Assembly: GCA_041500265.1 (NCBI GenBank)
Contig: JBGQLU010000003.1
Location: 1-59,082, forward strand
Source: Acidobacteriota bacterium
GTDB lineage: Bacteria; Acidobacteriota; Polarisedimenticolia; Polarisedimenticolales; DASRJG01
Direction of reading: 5' to 3'
Length of the DNA: 59,082 nucleotides
This document shows positions 18,950-28,269 of this stretch, piece after piece; positions within the stretch are counted from its first letter, which is position 1, and each line of letters starts with the position of its first letter. The position numbers were made by a program, and so were the translations under genes. The notes under the pieces were generated by a model. The model was not told the origin of the DNA and did not search any database. It saw only the letters and a program-made list of their open reading frames with translations.

Positions 18950-19510
18950 ATGAACGCCGATGACGACCGCGCGCTCGTGACCGCAATCCTCTCCTCGGGA
19001 GACGAGGCCGCGTTCCGGGCGCTGTTCCGGCGGCACTCGCCGTCGCTCTATTCGCTCGCCCGGCGTCTCCTGGGCTGGGCGTCGGCCGACGCCGAGGACG
19101 CCGTTCAGGAGACCTGGATCCGCGCCTCGGAACGGCTCGAATCGTTCCGCTGGCAATCCGCGCTGAGGACGTGGCTCTCCGGCATCCTCGTGAACCGGTG
19201 TCGCGAGCTGCGGCGCCGCGTCGCGCCGGCTTTCGGCACGCCGCCGGAGGACGAGGAGGCGGTCGAGCCCGCCGACGACGTTCTGCGCATGGATCTGGAG
19301 CGGGCGATCGCCGCCCTGCCAGACGGCTACCGTGACGTCGTCGTCCTGCACGACGTCGACGGATATACCCACGACGACATTGCCCGGCTCCTCGACATCG
19401 ACACGGGGACCTCCAAGAGCCAGCTCTCTCGGGCCAGGCAAGCGTTGCGCGCGGCACTTGCGAAGGGGCGGACCGGCGAGTCGCGCCGCACCCACGGAGA
19501 ACGACCATGA
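18950..19510 (+). CDS. ECF RNA polymerase sigma factor
   Basis: DAEDAVQETW and LRTWL in region 2; LPDGYR...LHDVDGYTHDDIA.LL.I..GTSKSQLSRAR in region 4. Confidence 0.95.
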   Translation: MNADDDRALVTAILSSGDEAAFRALFRRHSPSLYSLARRLLGWASADAEDAVQETWIRASERLESFRWQSALRTWLSGILVNRCRELRRRVAPAFGTPPEDEEAVEPADDVLRMDLERAIAALPDGYRDVVVLHDVDGYTHDDIARLLDIDTGTSKSQLSRARQALRAALAKGRTGESRRTHGERP

Positions 19511-20106
19511 CCCACGACGACTTCGATGAGCCGACCGAGACCGAGCGGGCCGCGTTCCAAGCTCTTCCCAGGGAAAGCCCTCCGCCAGAGGATCTCGAGG
19601 ACCGCGTGGTCGCGGCGCTCCGCGCCCGGGGCATCCTGCGGGCCGCGCGTGTCGGCGGACGACGGACGATGCGCGCGACCCTCTTCGTCGCCGCGTCGGC
19701 GGCCGCGGCGGCGCTCTTCATGGCCGGTCTCGTGACCGGGCGCCACGCCGCGGCACCCGAGGTTTTGGGGGACACCCGCCCGCAGTTCGTCCTTCTCCTC
19801 CAGGAGGGAAAGGGTTTCGACCGGGGAACGGACCACCTCGCGGAGTACGCAGCGTGGGCGCGCGCGCTCGGCGCTCGAGGCGAGCTCGTGGCCGGCGAAA
19901 AGCTCAAGGACGACGCGGTGCTCCTCTCGAACGGCGACACCGGCCTGACGATCCGGACGGTGGCCGTCGAGGGGGCGGAGGACACGCCCCGCGGCTACTT
20001 CGTCATCCGCGCCCGGGACCTCGCCGAAGCGATCGCCATCGCCCGCGATTGCCCGCACCTCAAGCACGGGGGCCGGATCGCGCTGCGGCCGATCGACAAG
20101 GTCTAG
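19507..20106 (+). CDS. Putative anti-sigma factor: TM helix plus C-terminal YCII/DGPF-like domain
   Basis: ATGA coupling to the sigma gene; PPEDLEDRVV, one TM helix, then FVLLL..., GEKL, GYFVIRA.DL.EA.AIA.DCP..GG.I.LRPI. Confidence 0.8.
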   Translation: MTHDDFDEPTETERAAFQALPRESPPPEDLEDRVVAALRARGILRAARVGGRRTMRATLFVAASAAAAALFMAGLVTGRHAAAPEVLGDTRPQFVLLLQEGKGFDRGTDHLAEYAAWARALGARGELVAGEKLKDDAVLLSNGDTGLTIRTVAVEGAEDTPRGYFVIRARDLAEAIAIARDCPHLKHGGRIALRPIDKV

Positions 20107-20116
20107 GGATGCCGCC

Positions 20117-20728
20117 TCAGGGCTTCAGGGGGACGAGCTGCAAGCCGTTCAAGACGCCGCTCTGAGGCACGCCTCTCAGCCGGATGTGCAGGGTTCCGTC
20201 CTTTCCGACGCGCGTGGTGTGCAGGGCGTACTGGAAATTCTGGCGCGGCTCACCGAACCACTGCCCTCCGATCTCCTGCGCGTCCTTCCCCTCCACGTTG
20301 ACGAGCGTGTGAATGAGAGGGGTGTCGCCGTTCCACGCGTAGGTGTACACGGCGTAGCGGCCCGGGATCAGCCCTTCGATCAGCACGTCGCAGGGCGAGG
20401 AGTGGAGCGCGAGCGCGTCGTTCAGCAGCGAGGCGTTGATCGCGTCGAGTACGAACGGACCGTCCCACGTCCCCTGCCCGAACGGAAGGCTCAGCGAGAG
20501 GGTCACCGCGGTCGGTGCACCGTCCACGTCGGCGACGGGGAAGGGGCCCTGCTCGTTCCCGATGATCACGTTCCAGTGCCCGATCTGCCCCGCACCGGCG
20601 CCGTATCCGTCCGGCGGCACGCCGGCGACCATCCCGAAATCGATGTTGATCGCCTGCGCCCGCGCCGGTGCGGCCGGCGCGATCGCGGCGAGCGCGACGA
20701 CGATCGGCCACAGCCATCCTGATCTCAT
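20117..20728 (-). CDS. Secreted hypothetical protein (beta-sandwich-like)
   Basis: Signal peptide ending ARA|QAINIDFG; GLIPGRYAVYTYAW; C-terminal LNGLQLV. Confidence 0.75.
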   Translation of the reverse strand: MRSGWLWPIVVALAAIAPAAPARAQAINIDFGMVAGVPPDGYGAGAGQIGHWNVIIGNEQGPFPVADVDGAPTAVTLSLSLPFGQGTWDGPFVLDAINASLLNDALALHSSPCDVLIEGLIPGRYAVYTYAWNGDTPLIHTLVNVEGKDAQEIGGQWFGEPRQNFQYALHTTRVGKDGTLHIRLRGVPQSGVLNGLQLVPLKP

Positions 20729-20921
20729 GACCCACCCCCGCGCCTCGACGGAGGCCGATCGACGAACCGGCGGCTCGAGGCTTCGGGCCGGTAGTACGAA
20801 TCGGACGCCGCGGAGACGTCCCGGTTCCGGCGGCCCCGCTGCACCAGAACCGCGGCCGGGGCTCGTGACGCCGACAATCGCACGTATCCTGAACGAGCCG
20901 ACGACCATGGAGGCTCCCGCC

Positions 20922-21767
20922 GTGAACGCCCATCCCGCTCAGCGCTTCGCCATCGCGGCGTTCCGCGACTTGCATGCCTCCGGATGCTTCGTCCTCCCGA
21001 ATCCCTGGGACGCGGGCACGGCCGTGGTCCTCGCGCAGCTCGGATTCCGCGCGCTCGCTACGACGTCCGCGGGGTTCGCCTTTACGCGAGCGCGGCCCGA
21101 CACCGTCGATGCGATCCCGCGGGACCTGATGCTCGGGCACATCCGGGACGTGGTGGCGGCCACACCGCTCCCGGTGAACGCCGACTTCCAGACGGGCTAC
21201 GCCGACGAGCCCGACGGCGTCGCGGCGAACGTGGCGCGGTGCGTCGCGACGGGGGTGGCCGGACTTTCGATCGAGGATGCGACGGGGCGGTCCGACGCGC
21301 CGCTGTACGAATCGGGCCTGGCCGTGGAGCGGGTCCGCGCGGCGCGATCCTCGATCGATGCGTCGGGCCTTCCGGTGATTCTCACCGCTCGTTGCGAGGC
21401 CTGGCTCGTGGGCCATCCCGACCCGCTCCGCGTGGCCCTCGACCGGCTCGTCGCCTACGCCGGCGCGGGCGCCGATTGTCTCTACGCTCCCGGTGTTGCG
21501 GCGCCGGACGAGATCGCCGAGATCGTCAATGCTGTGGCTCCCAAACCGGTCAACGTTCTGGTCTCCGCGCCGAGCCCGTCGCTCTCGGTCGCCCGGCTCG
21601 CCGATCTCGGCGTTCGGCGGATCTCGGTCGGCTCCGCCCTCGCCCGCGTGGCCTGGGGGGCGTTCCTCCGTGCCGCGCGAGACATCGCATCGACCGGTTC
21701 GTTCGATGCCTTCGCCGACGCCGCGCCGTTCGCCGACCTCGACCGCATCTTCAGCCACCACCTCTGA
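20922..21767 (+). CDS. Isocitrate lyase/PEP mutase family protein
   Basis: LPNPWDAG, ATTSAG, PVNADF..GY, GLSIED, AGADCLYAPG, GVRRISVG. GTG after GGAGG. Confidence 0.93.
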   Translation: MNAHPAQRFAIAAFRDLHASGCFVLPNPWDAGTAVVLAQLGFRALATTSAGFAFTRARPDTVDAIPRDLMLGHIRDVVAATPLPVNADFQTGYADEPDGVAANVARCVATGVAGLSIEDATGRSDAPLYESGLAVERVRAARSSIDASGLPVILTARCEAWLVGHPDPLRVALDRLVAYAGAGADCLYAPGVAAPDEIAEIVNAVAPKPVNVLVSAPSPSLSVARLADLGVRRISVGSALARVAWGAFLRAARDIASTGSFDAFADAAPFADLDRIFSHHL

Positions 21768-21914
21768 CTTTTGCGTCTTCCGAAGGAAGAATTAGGTCCG
21801 ACTACGGGCCTTTTTCTTGTATGACATCTTGAATGCTTTTCGCCCATTTTTTCTTTTGCCATTTAACCAATTCTAGCGGTATCAATGAGGCAGCTTGCTC
21901 AGAGGAGGGGAACG

Positions 21915-24900
21915 ATGCGTCGCAGAACGTGGGCGCGGTACCTGCTCATGGCGGCCGCCGTGACGTTCGGGCGCGCCAGAGCCGATTACGTCAACTTCGA
22001 GTCATCCCAGGTTCATCCGATCGGCCTGACGCCGTCGGGCGCGAAGCTCCTGGCGGTCAACACTCCCGACGGTCTCCTCGAGGTCTTCTCGGTGAACGCG
22101 GCCGGCAACCTCGTCCGGAGGCCACCGATCCCGGTGGGCATGGAACCGGTCAGCGTGATCGCGCGCACCGACTCCGAGGCCTGGGTCGTGAACCGCCTCT
22201 CCGACACCGTGTCGATCGTGGACATCAATCTGGGCACGACCCTGGCGACGCTCCCCGTCGGAGACGAGCCGACCGACGTGGTGTTCGCGGCCGGCAAGGC
22301 GTTCGTCGCGGTCGCGGATGAGGATGCGGTCAAGGTCTTCAACCTCGCGAACCTCGCGGCGCCGCCGACGAAGATCGACCTGTTCGGCCGGGAGACCCGC
22401 GCGCTGGCCGTCTCCCCCGACGGCACGAAGGTCTACGCGGTCGTGCTCCAGTCGGGAAATCAGACGACCGTCATCAACGCGAACATCATCGCCACCAACG
22501 ACGACAAGTTCGACGGCAGCCGCTTGTCCCAGCTCGGCGAGAACAACATCGCCTGTACGTCGGCCAGGCCGACGTATCCTCCCCTCCCCCCCGGGATCAG
22601 CCGCAACCCCGCGCTGCTCGATCCGGCGGCTCCCACGCAGCCGACGGTGGCGCTCATCGTCAAGTGGGACAACGTGACCGGCGCGTGGAAGGACGACGCG
22701 GGCCAGAACTGGAACGGCTGCCTGCCCTACCGGCTTCCGGATCACGACCTCTTCGTGATCGACGCCGCGAACCCGGGCCCGCCGACCTTCGTCGACCACC
22801 TCGGTACGACTTTGTTCGACGTCTCCGTCAATCCGGTGAACGGAAAGATCTACGTGCCCAACACCGACGCCCGGAACTTCGTCCGGTTCGAGCACGCGGA
22901 GCTCCCTCCGGGTTCGCCCGTTCCTGCGGGAGTGCAGGGCCACATGGTCGAGAACCAGCTCTCCGTCGTGAACCCCGCCTCCGGGTACGCGGTGACCCGG
23001 TTGGACCTGAACACGCACATCGACCGGTCGAGCAGTCCGGCGACGAACCTCACCGAGCGGATGGCGAGCGTGTCGCAGCCGGGGATGATGGTGTGGAACA
23101 GCGCCGGGACGTTCGCGTACTTGACGGCCATCGGCTCGCGCAAGCTCTTCCGGGTGGACGGAGCGTGCGCGACGGGATCGTGCATTTTCGGGCCCAACCG
23201 CGGGAGTCCGGTCGCCGTCGAGGTCGGGGAAGGGCCGACGGGTGTCGCTCTCGACGAAGCGGTCGATCGCCTGTACGTGCTGAACCGCTTCTCGAATTCG
23301 ATCACGCTGGTCCAGGCCTCGACGATGACCAAGCGGGGCGAGATCGCCCTGCACGACCCCAGCCCGGAGACCCTCAAGAACGGACGGCGGCTTCTCTACG
23401 ACGGCATCACGAGCTCCGCGCACGGCGACGCCGCCTGCTCGAGCTGCCATATCTCCGGAGATCGTGATGGGCTGGCGTGGGATCTGGGAAACCCGGAGGG
23501 GGATTTCGTGCCCTACGGCACCCCCGGGGACAACGTCCGATTCATCGCTCCTTCCGGCGTGCTCAACGCTCCAGTGGAATGCCCGACGCCGCACGATTGC
23601 GCGTCCCACGACGGCTTCGATCCGCAGAAGGGACCGATGACCACCCAGACTCTTCGCGGGATGATCGAGCCCCTTCACTGGCGAGGCGACCGGGGAACGA
23701 TGGCGGCCTTCAACCCGGCGTTCGTGGCGCTCATGGGCACGCAAGACGCCGGTCCCGTGGACGGCAAGCCGGCCGGATTGTCCGCGGAGATGATGGAGCT
23801 GTTCCGGCAGTTCGCGCTGGGCATCACCTTCCCTCCCAATCCGAATCGGAACGTGGACGACACCCTCCCCAACGCGCCGGTGACGATTCCCGGCCATCCG
23901 CAGCCCGGGAATCCGACGGTCGGCGAGTCGATCTTCACGACGGTCAAGTCCGCCAACGGACTCTTCCAGTGCTCGGCGTGCCACGCCGCGCCGTTCGGCA
24001 CCGCCGGAGGGAAGCTGGGAGGAATCAACCCGGGCGATCCGTCGACGATGCACGCGGGCCTGCTGAACGGCCAGGCGGACAAGATCGTCCACAACGACAT
24101 GAAGGTCCCCCACCTGCGAAACCTCTACCAGAAATTCGGACCCACGTTCGGCACGTCCGCCAACCCGACGGATAGCAAGAGCGGCTTCGGGCTCATCCAC
24201 GACGGCTCGATGCCCGACCTCGTGACGTTCTTGTCGCAGACCCTCTTCGCCGTGACCGCCCAGAACGCGCGGGATCTACAAATGTTCCTGCTGTTCTTCC
24301 CGACGGGAACCAAGCCGGCGGTGGGGAAGGAGCTGAGCGTCCCGCCTGGACCGCCGGGGATGCCCGGATCGGCGACCGAGACGCTCGTGTCCACGCTCGT
24401 CGCGAAGGGAAACCTCGCCGATTCCGGCCGCCACTGCGAGCTGGTGGCGGCCGCGATCAGCGGAGGGCGCGAGCGGAGCTGGTATCTGAACGGAGGGATC
24501 GGTTCGGGCGAGCTGTGGACCAGCGACGTCAACGGCGAGCCGCAGGTCTCCACACTCGCCCTTCGCCTGGGCGCCACGGGTCCCGTCACCTTCACCTGCG
24601 TTCCGGTGGGGTCCGGGATACGCGTCGGCGCCGATCGCGACGAGGACGGCGCCCTCAACGGAACCGATTGCTCCGACGACGACGCCGCCCACTCCGCCGC
24701 TCCGGCCGACGTGACCGGTCTCGTCCTTCGCAAGTCCGCTCCGCCGCTCCTCTCGTGGGATGACCAGGCGCCGCTCGTCGGCCCCGGCGTCTTCTACGAA
24801 GTCAGCGGGGGAACGCTCTCGAACCTTCGCGCGGTCGGACTCCAGGCGGCGAGCAGCTGCGTGACCGGAGTTCTGCAAATACCGGGCTACGACGACACGC

Positions 24901-25022
24901 GGGGCAACCCTCCGCCGGGAGAGGGTTACTACTACTTGGTCCGCGCGCGGACCCCGGAGTGCTCGGGCGGATTCGGCGCGGGCACGACGTCGATCGAGAG
25001 TCTGGACTGCGGCGGGTTGTGA
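21915..25022 (+). CDS. Secreted YVTN beta-propeller plus di-heme cytochrome c peroxidase-like protein with C-terminal extension
   Basis: Signal peptide; YVTN-type repeats (VVNRLSDTVSIVD, YVLNRFSNSI); two CxxCH (CSSCH, CSACH); LHWRGDR and KVPHLRNLY as in the bCCP/MauG fold; GAGGAGG RBS. Confidence 0.88.
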   Translation: MRRRTWARYLLMAAAVTFGRARADYVNFESSQVHPIGLTPSGAKLLAVNTPDGLLEVFSVNAAGNLVRRPPIPVGMEPVSVIARTDSEAWVVNRLSDTVSIVDINLGTTLATLPVGDEPTDVVFAAGKAFVAVADEDAVKVFNLANLAAPPTKIDLFGRETRALAVSPDGTKVYAVVLQSGNQTTVINANIIATNDDKFDGSRLSQLGENNIACTSARPTYPPLPPGISRNPALLDPAAPTQPTVALIVKWDNVTGAWKDDAGQNWNGCLPYRLPDHDLFVIDAANPGPPTFVDHLGTTLFDVSVNPVNGKIYVPNTDARNFVRFEHAELPPGSPVPAGVQGHMVENQLSVVNPASGYAVTRLDLNTHIDRSSSPATNLTERMASVSQPGMMVWNSAGTFAYLTAIGSRKLFRVDGACATGSCIFGPNRGSPVAVEVGEGPTGVALDEAVDRLYVLNRFSNSITLVQASTMTKRGEIALHDPSPETLKNGRRLLYDGITSSAHGDAACSSCHISGDRDGLAWDLGNPEGDFVPYGTPGDNVRFIAPSGVLNAPVECPTPHDCASHDGFDPQKGPMTTQTLRGMIEPLHWRGDRGTMAAFNPAFVALMGTQDAGPVDGKPAGLSAEMMELFRQFALGITFPPNPNRNVDDTLPNAPVTIPGHPQPGNPTVGESIFTTVKSANGLFQCSACHAAPFGTAGGKLGGINPGDPSTMHAGLLNGQADKIVHNDMKVPHLRNLYQKFGPTFGTSANPTDSKSGFGLIHDGSMPDLVTFLSQTLFAVTAQNARDLQMFLLFFPTGTKPAVGKELSVPPGPPGMPGSATETLVSTLVAKGNLADSGRHCELVAAAISGGRERSWYLNGGIGSGELWTSDVNGEPQVSTLALRLGATGPVTFTCVPVGSGIRVGADRDEDGALNGTDCSDDDAAHSAAPADVTGLVLRKSAPPLLSWDDQAPLVGPGVFYEVSGGTLSNLRAVGLQAASSCVTGVLQIPGYDDTRGNPPPGEGYYYLVRARTPECSGGFGAGTTSIESLDCGGL

Positions 25023-25175
25023 GACGCCGGATTCCGGCGATCGCCACGTACGTTCATATGACAGATTTCTAATTCTTGGTGACTCCATGGGAATTTAGGA
25101 ACGAACAGTCCGCAATTTGACATTGCGTCGTTCCGAGAACGCCCGTATGAACTGGGTGAACGAGAGCTCCTGGGG

Positions 25176-26753
25176 GTGCTCGTGAACCACCGATGGGCGC
25201 GCCGCGCCCTTGGGTTCGGCCTCTTTGCTTCGCTAACCTTCCCGGTCTCATCGGCGTCGATGGCGACGTGGGCCGCGGGTCCGAGCCGCTCCGAGGATCC
25301 CGTGGTGGTCTCGGGGTCGCTTCTCCCGACGCTGCTCGGCCGCACGATCACGCAGATCTTCGTCTTCCGGTACGACGCCGGCACGAACGGATTCGTGCCG
25401 ATTCCGTACCAGATCGACCAGCGGATCGACTACCTGGTCAATCCCGGCTCTCCCACACCGGTGCACGAGCTGATCTACGACGTGTTCCATCAGGACGACG
25501 GCAAGCTCGACGCGGATGACGAGATCGCGTTCCTCGATGCCGACGCCGGCGACGCCGCGACGGCCAACGCGCAGTGGCCGCCGGGAGTCGATCCCGACCG
25601 GTTCGAGATCCGCATCGCCGATCCGCGCCCGGGAGGACCGTACCCCGACCGCTTCGTCTACATCTTCACGGGAACGGGGCTCGTTCAATCGACGACGTCG
25701 TACGTGAACTGGAACACCTCGCCGATCTCCCCGATCTCGAGCGCGCGTTTCGGTCTGGGCTTCGTCGATCGCTGGCTGATGACCGGGTATCAGGTTTTCC
25801 CGCCCTGCGGGACCGGAGAACAGCTGGTCGACCGGATCAAGGGGCGCGCGGGGATCTCACCGACTCAGGCGGAGAGCGAGGAGATCTGGAATTCGGTCTC
25901 GTTCTATCTCGGAGGGCTCATCGGGCCCGTTCGGGCGATCCGCTACGTGAGGGGCGCGGCGAGCGGCGTCAACACGATGATGCACGACATCGTCTACCGC
26001 GGATTCTGGGAACGGACGGTCAACCTCCGCGTCCACGCGCTCTCCGGAATCTGGTTCTACGTCGATCTCCTTCCCAAGCCGGGGACGACCTTCTATTCGT
26101 CCACCGTGCGGAGCGGAGTCCCGGTCGACGGCGTTAACGATTCCTCGGTCGGGACGACGATCCCGGCGTGGTCGATCATGAACGGCCCCGGGGGCGGGGT
26201 GGCGATTCTCTACACCGTTCCCCCGTCCCCGTTCGTGGGCTCCGAACTTTTCTACTATCGAGACGACGCCTCCTACGACGACCAGCCGGCCAACGAGCCG
26301 GACTACACCGACAAGGACGACAGCGCGTACGGCGACCACGGCATCCATCTCGACACGATCACGAGCTCGGAATCCGACACGATCCCCGTCTCCGCTCGGC
26401 TCTACCCGCTCTGCTCCAACCAAGGGGACCCGTCGCTGGGGGACAGTTATCGCCAGTTCCTCGATTACCCGCTCCAGCTGTCGATGACCGACCAGACCCG
26501 CGCGGCGTCCGCCGTGCGGACGCTGATGATGACCAAGTCGGGCGCCGACCTGGCCCTCGGCTGGCAACCGGTCGCCGGAGCGACCTCCTACAGGATCTAC
26601 GCGTCGGCGTCGTCGAGCCTCTCCCGCGACAGCTGGACGCTCATCGGCACGAGCACCATTCCCGGATTCATCGATACCGGGGCGCTTGCGAACGGAGTCG
26701 CCCGCTACTACTCCGTCACGGCCGTGACCGCCAACGGCGAGGGTCCCTGGTAG
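25176..26753 (+). CDS. Secreted hypothetical protein with C-terminal FN3-like domain
   Basis: Signal-like N-terminus; PIPYQID, DEIAF, GPVRAIR; tail LGWQPVAGATSYRIY...YYSVTAV...GEG. Confidence 0.8.
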   Translation: MLVNHRWARRALGFGLFASLTFPVSSASMATWAAGPSRSEDPVVVSGSLLPTLLGRTITQIFVFRYDAGTNGFVPIPYQIDQRIDYLVNPGSPTPVHELIYDVFHQDDGKLDADDEIAFLDADAGDAATANAQWPPGVDPDRFEIRIADPRPGGPYPDRFVYIFTGTGLVQSTTSYVNWNTSPISPISSARFGLGFVDRWLMTGYQVFPPCGTGEQLVDRIKGRAGISPTQAESEEIWNSVSFYLGGLIGPVRAIRYVRGAASGVNTMMHDIVYRGFWERTVNLRVHALSGIWFYVDLLPKPGTTFYSSTVRSGVPVDGVNDSSVGTTIPAWSIMNGPGGGVAILYTVPPSPFVGSELFYYRDDASYDDQPANEPDYTDKDDSAYGDHGIHLDTITSSESDTIPVSARLYPLCSNQGDPSLGDSYRQFLDYPLQLSMTDQTRAASAVRTLMMTKSGADLALGWQPVAGATSYRIYASASSSLSRDSWTLIGTSTIPGFIDTGALANGVARYYSVTAVTANGEGPW

Positions 26754-26766
26754 GCGCGCCGACGGG

Positions 26767-27138
26767 TCAGGCCCTCCCCCCGGCGAGTCGTCGCGACGCC
26801 ATCATCGCAACCAGCGTAAGAACGACCGCGAAGATGAGCCAGTGCGCGCCCACGCTCGTGCCCGTGCGCAGGAGCGCCTCGATCGACGACGCCGGGATCG
26901 GCGATGGCCTCGTGCTCCCGGGCGCGCCGCCGGCGACCTCGAAGAGCACGGCCGGAGCGCCGACGAGCGCGATGACGGCCGCGGCCGCGACCGGCCAGGC
27001 GCGTTTCCAAGGGAAGGGGATCGGCGGCGGAGTCGCCGCCTCCCGCCGCACGGCTTCCATGACCGATGCGGCGAAGCCGGACGAGGGAAGGATCTCGTCC
27101 TCCCCCTCGAGGATGCGATCGATGTCCTCGTGGCTCAT
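26767..27138 (-). CDS. Membrane anti-sigma-like protein
   Basis: PSSGFAASVMEAV, PPPIPFPW, two TM helices; ATGA coupling to the ECF gene. Confidence 0.8.
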   Translation of the reverse strand: MSHEDIDRILEGEDEILPSSGFAASVMEAVRREAATPPPIPFPWKRAWPVAAAAVIALVGAPAVLFEVAGGAPGSTRPSPIPASSIEALLRTGTSVGAHWLIFAVVLTLVAMMASRRLAGGRA

Positions 27139-27701
27139 CGGGTCTCCTTCGGCGCCGGTGCTGCGAGCAGCGCCGGCAGCTTTCCACGGAGGATGTCGCG
27201 GCCCCGGGAGAGCCGGGCCTTGACGGTTCCTTCGGGCACCCCGAGGCTGCGCGCCGCGGCGGCGACGTCCATGCCGTGGAAGTAGAAGAGGATCATCGCA
27301 TCGCGATACCTCGCGGGAAGGGCGTGGACCAGGGCACGTACGAGGCGGTCGCGATCGTCCCGTTCGAGACCACCGTCCGCCGCGCGCAAGTCCGGCATTT
27401 CGGCGACATCGTCGAACGAGACCCGGCTCGACGGGATTCTCCGCAGCTCGGAGCGGTAGAGGTTCGCGGCCAGCGCGAAGAGCCACGTCGAGAATGCTGC
27501 GTCGTCGCGCCAGCCGCCGAGCGCGCGATACGCCCGCAAGAAAGCCTCCTGGGCCAGCTCCTCGGCGCGGCCGCGGTCCCGGCAAAAGCGAAAGGCGAGA
27601 TTCACGAGCGGACCCTGCCATCGGCGGACGATTCCCTCGAAGGCCGAGAGGTCGCCCGCGAGAACCTTTCGGAGGTCGTCGCGGTCCTCGTCACCGGTCA
27701 C
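27135..27701 (-). CDS. ECF RNA polymerase sigma factor
   Basis: AEELAQEAFLRAY, FSTWLF, LPARYR, LGVPEGTVKARLSRGR. Confidence 0.95.
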   Translation of the reverse strand: MTGDEDRDDLRKVLAGDLSAFEGIVRRWQGPLVNLAFRFCRDRGRAEELAQEAFLRAYRALGGWRDDAAFSTWLFALAANLYRSELRRIPSSRVSFDDVAEMPDLRAADGGLERDDRDRLVRALVHALPARYRDAMILFYFHGMDVAAAARSLGVPEGTVKARLSRGRDILRGKLPALLAAPAPKETR

Positions 27702-27726
27702 TCGCGGGCCCCGCCTTCCTCCGTTC

Positions 27727-27814
27727 GACGCGCGCCATCCGCTGCCGGTTGCACTTTCTTCCATTCGAGCCGTTTCGTGAAATGAAATGCAACCGCGACC
27801 GCCGGAGCGCGGTC
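27727..27814. promoter_or_regulatory. Divergent ECF promoters TGCAAC-N17-(C/G)GTC
   Basis: Minus strand TGCAAC(27753-27748)-N17-CGTC toward the sigma gene; plus strand TGCAAC(27788-27793)-N17-GGTC toward the 27855 gene. Confidence 0.7.
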
Positions 27815-27854
27815 TCACCCTGCGAATCGGCGGAAGCGCCCACAGGAGCGTGTC

Positions 27855-28253
27855 ATGACGGAAGAGATCATCCCGGTTGCCGTTTTCATCATGCTCGCGG
27901 TCGGCGCGCTCGGCCTGTTCGGCTATCTGGCCGTTGCATCCTGGGCGGACGCGCGGCGGCGGGAGCGAGAGTCGTTCTATCGAAGCGAGACGCTCAAGAA
28001 GATCGCCGAGCTGCAAGGTGCCGGGGTCAACGCGGCGGTCGAGCTGTTCCGCGAGCAGGAGCGCGCACTGGCCAAGAAGGCCAGGGAAGGCCAGAAGCTC
28101 GCCGGGTTGCTCACGATCGGGGTCGGCATCGGGCTCATGGTGTTCCTCAAGGGGGTCGGGGACCACGAGCCGGCGTATCTCGTCGGTCTGATACCGACGC
28201 TTGCGGGCGTGGCGCTGCTCGTCTACGCCTACCTGCTCGGGCCGAAAGACTAG
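27855..28253 (+). CDS. Small membrane protein (DUF6249-like), probable ECF target
   Basis: TM, then RRRERE...LKKIAE, then two TMs (GLIP..GVALL); AGGAG RBS. Confidence 0.78.
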   Translation: MTEEIIPVAVFIMLAVGALGLFGYLAVASWADARRRERESFYRSETLKKIAELQGAGVNAAVELFREQERALAKKAREGQKLAGLLTIGVGIGLMVFLKGVGDHEPAYLVGLIPTLAGVALLVYAYLLGPKD

Positions 28254-28269
28254 GACGGCGCCGATCCGG

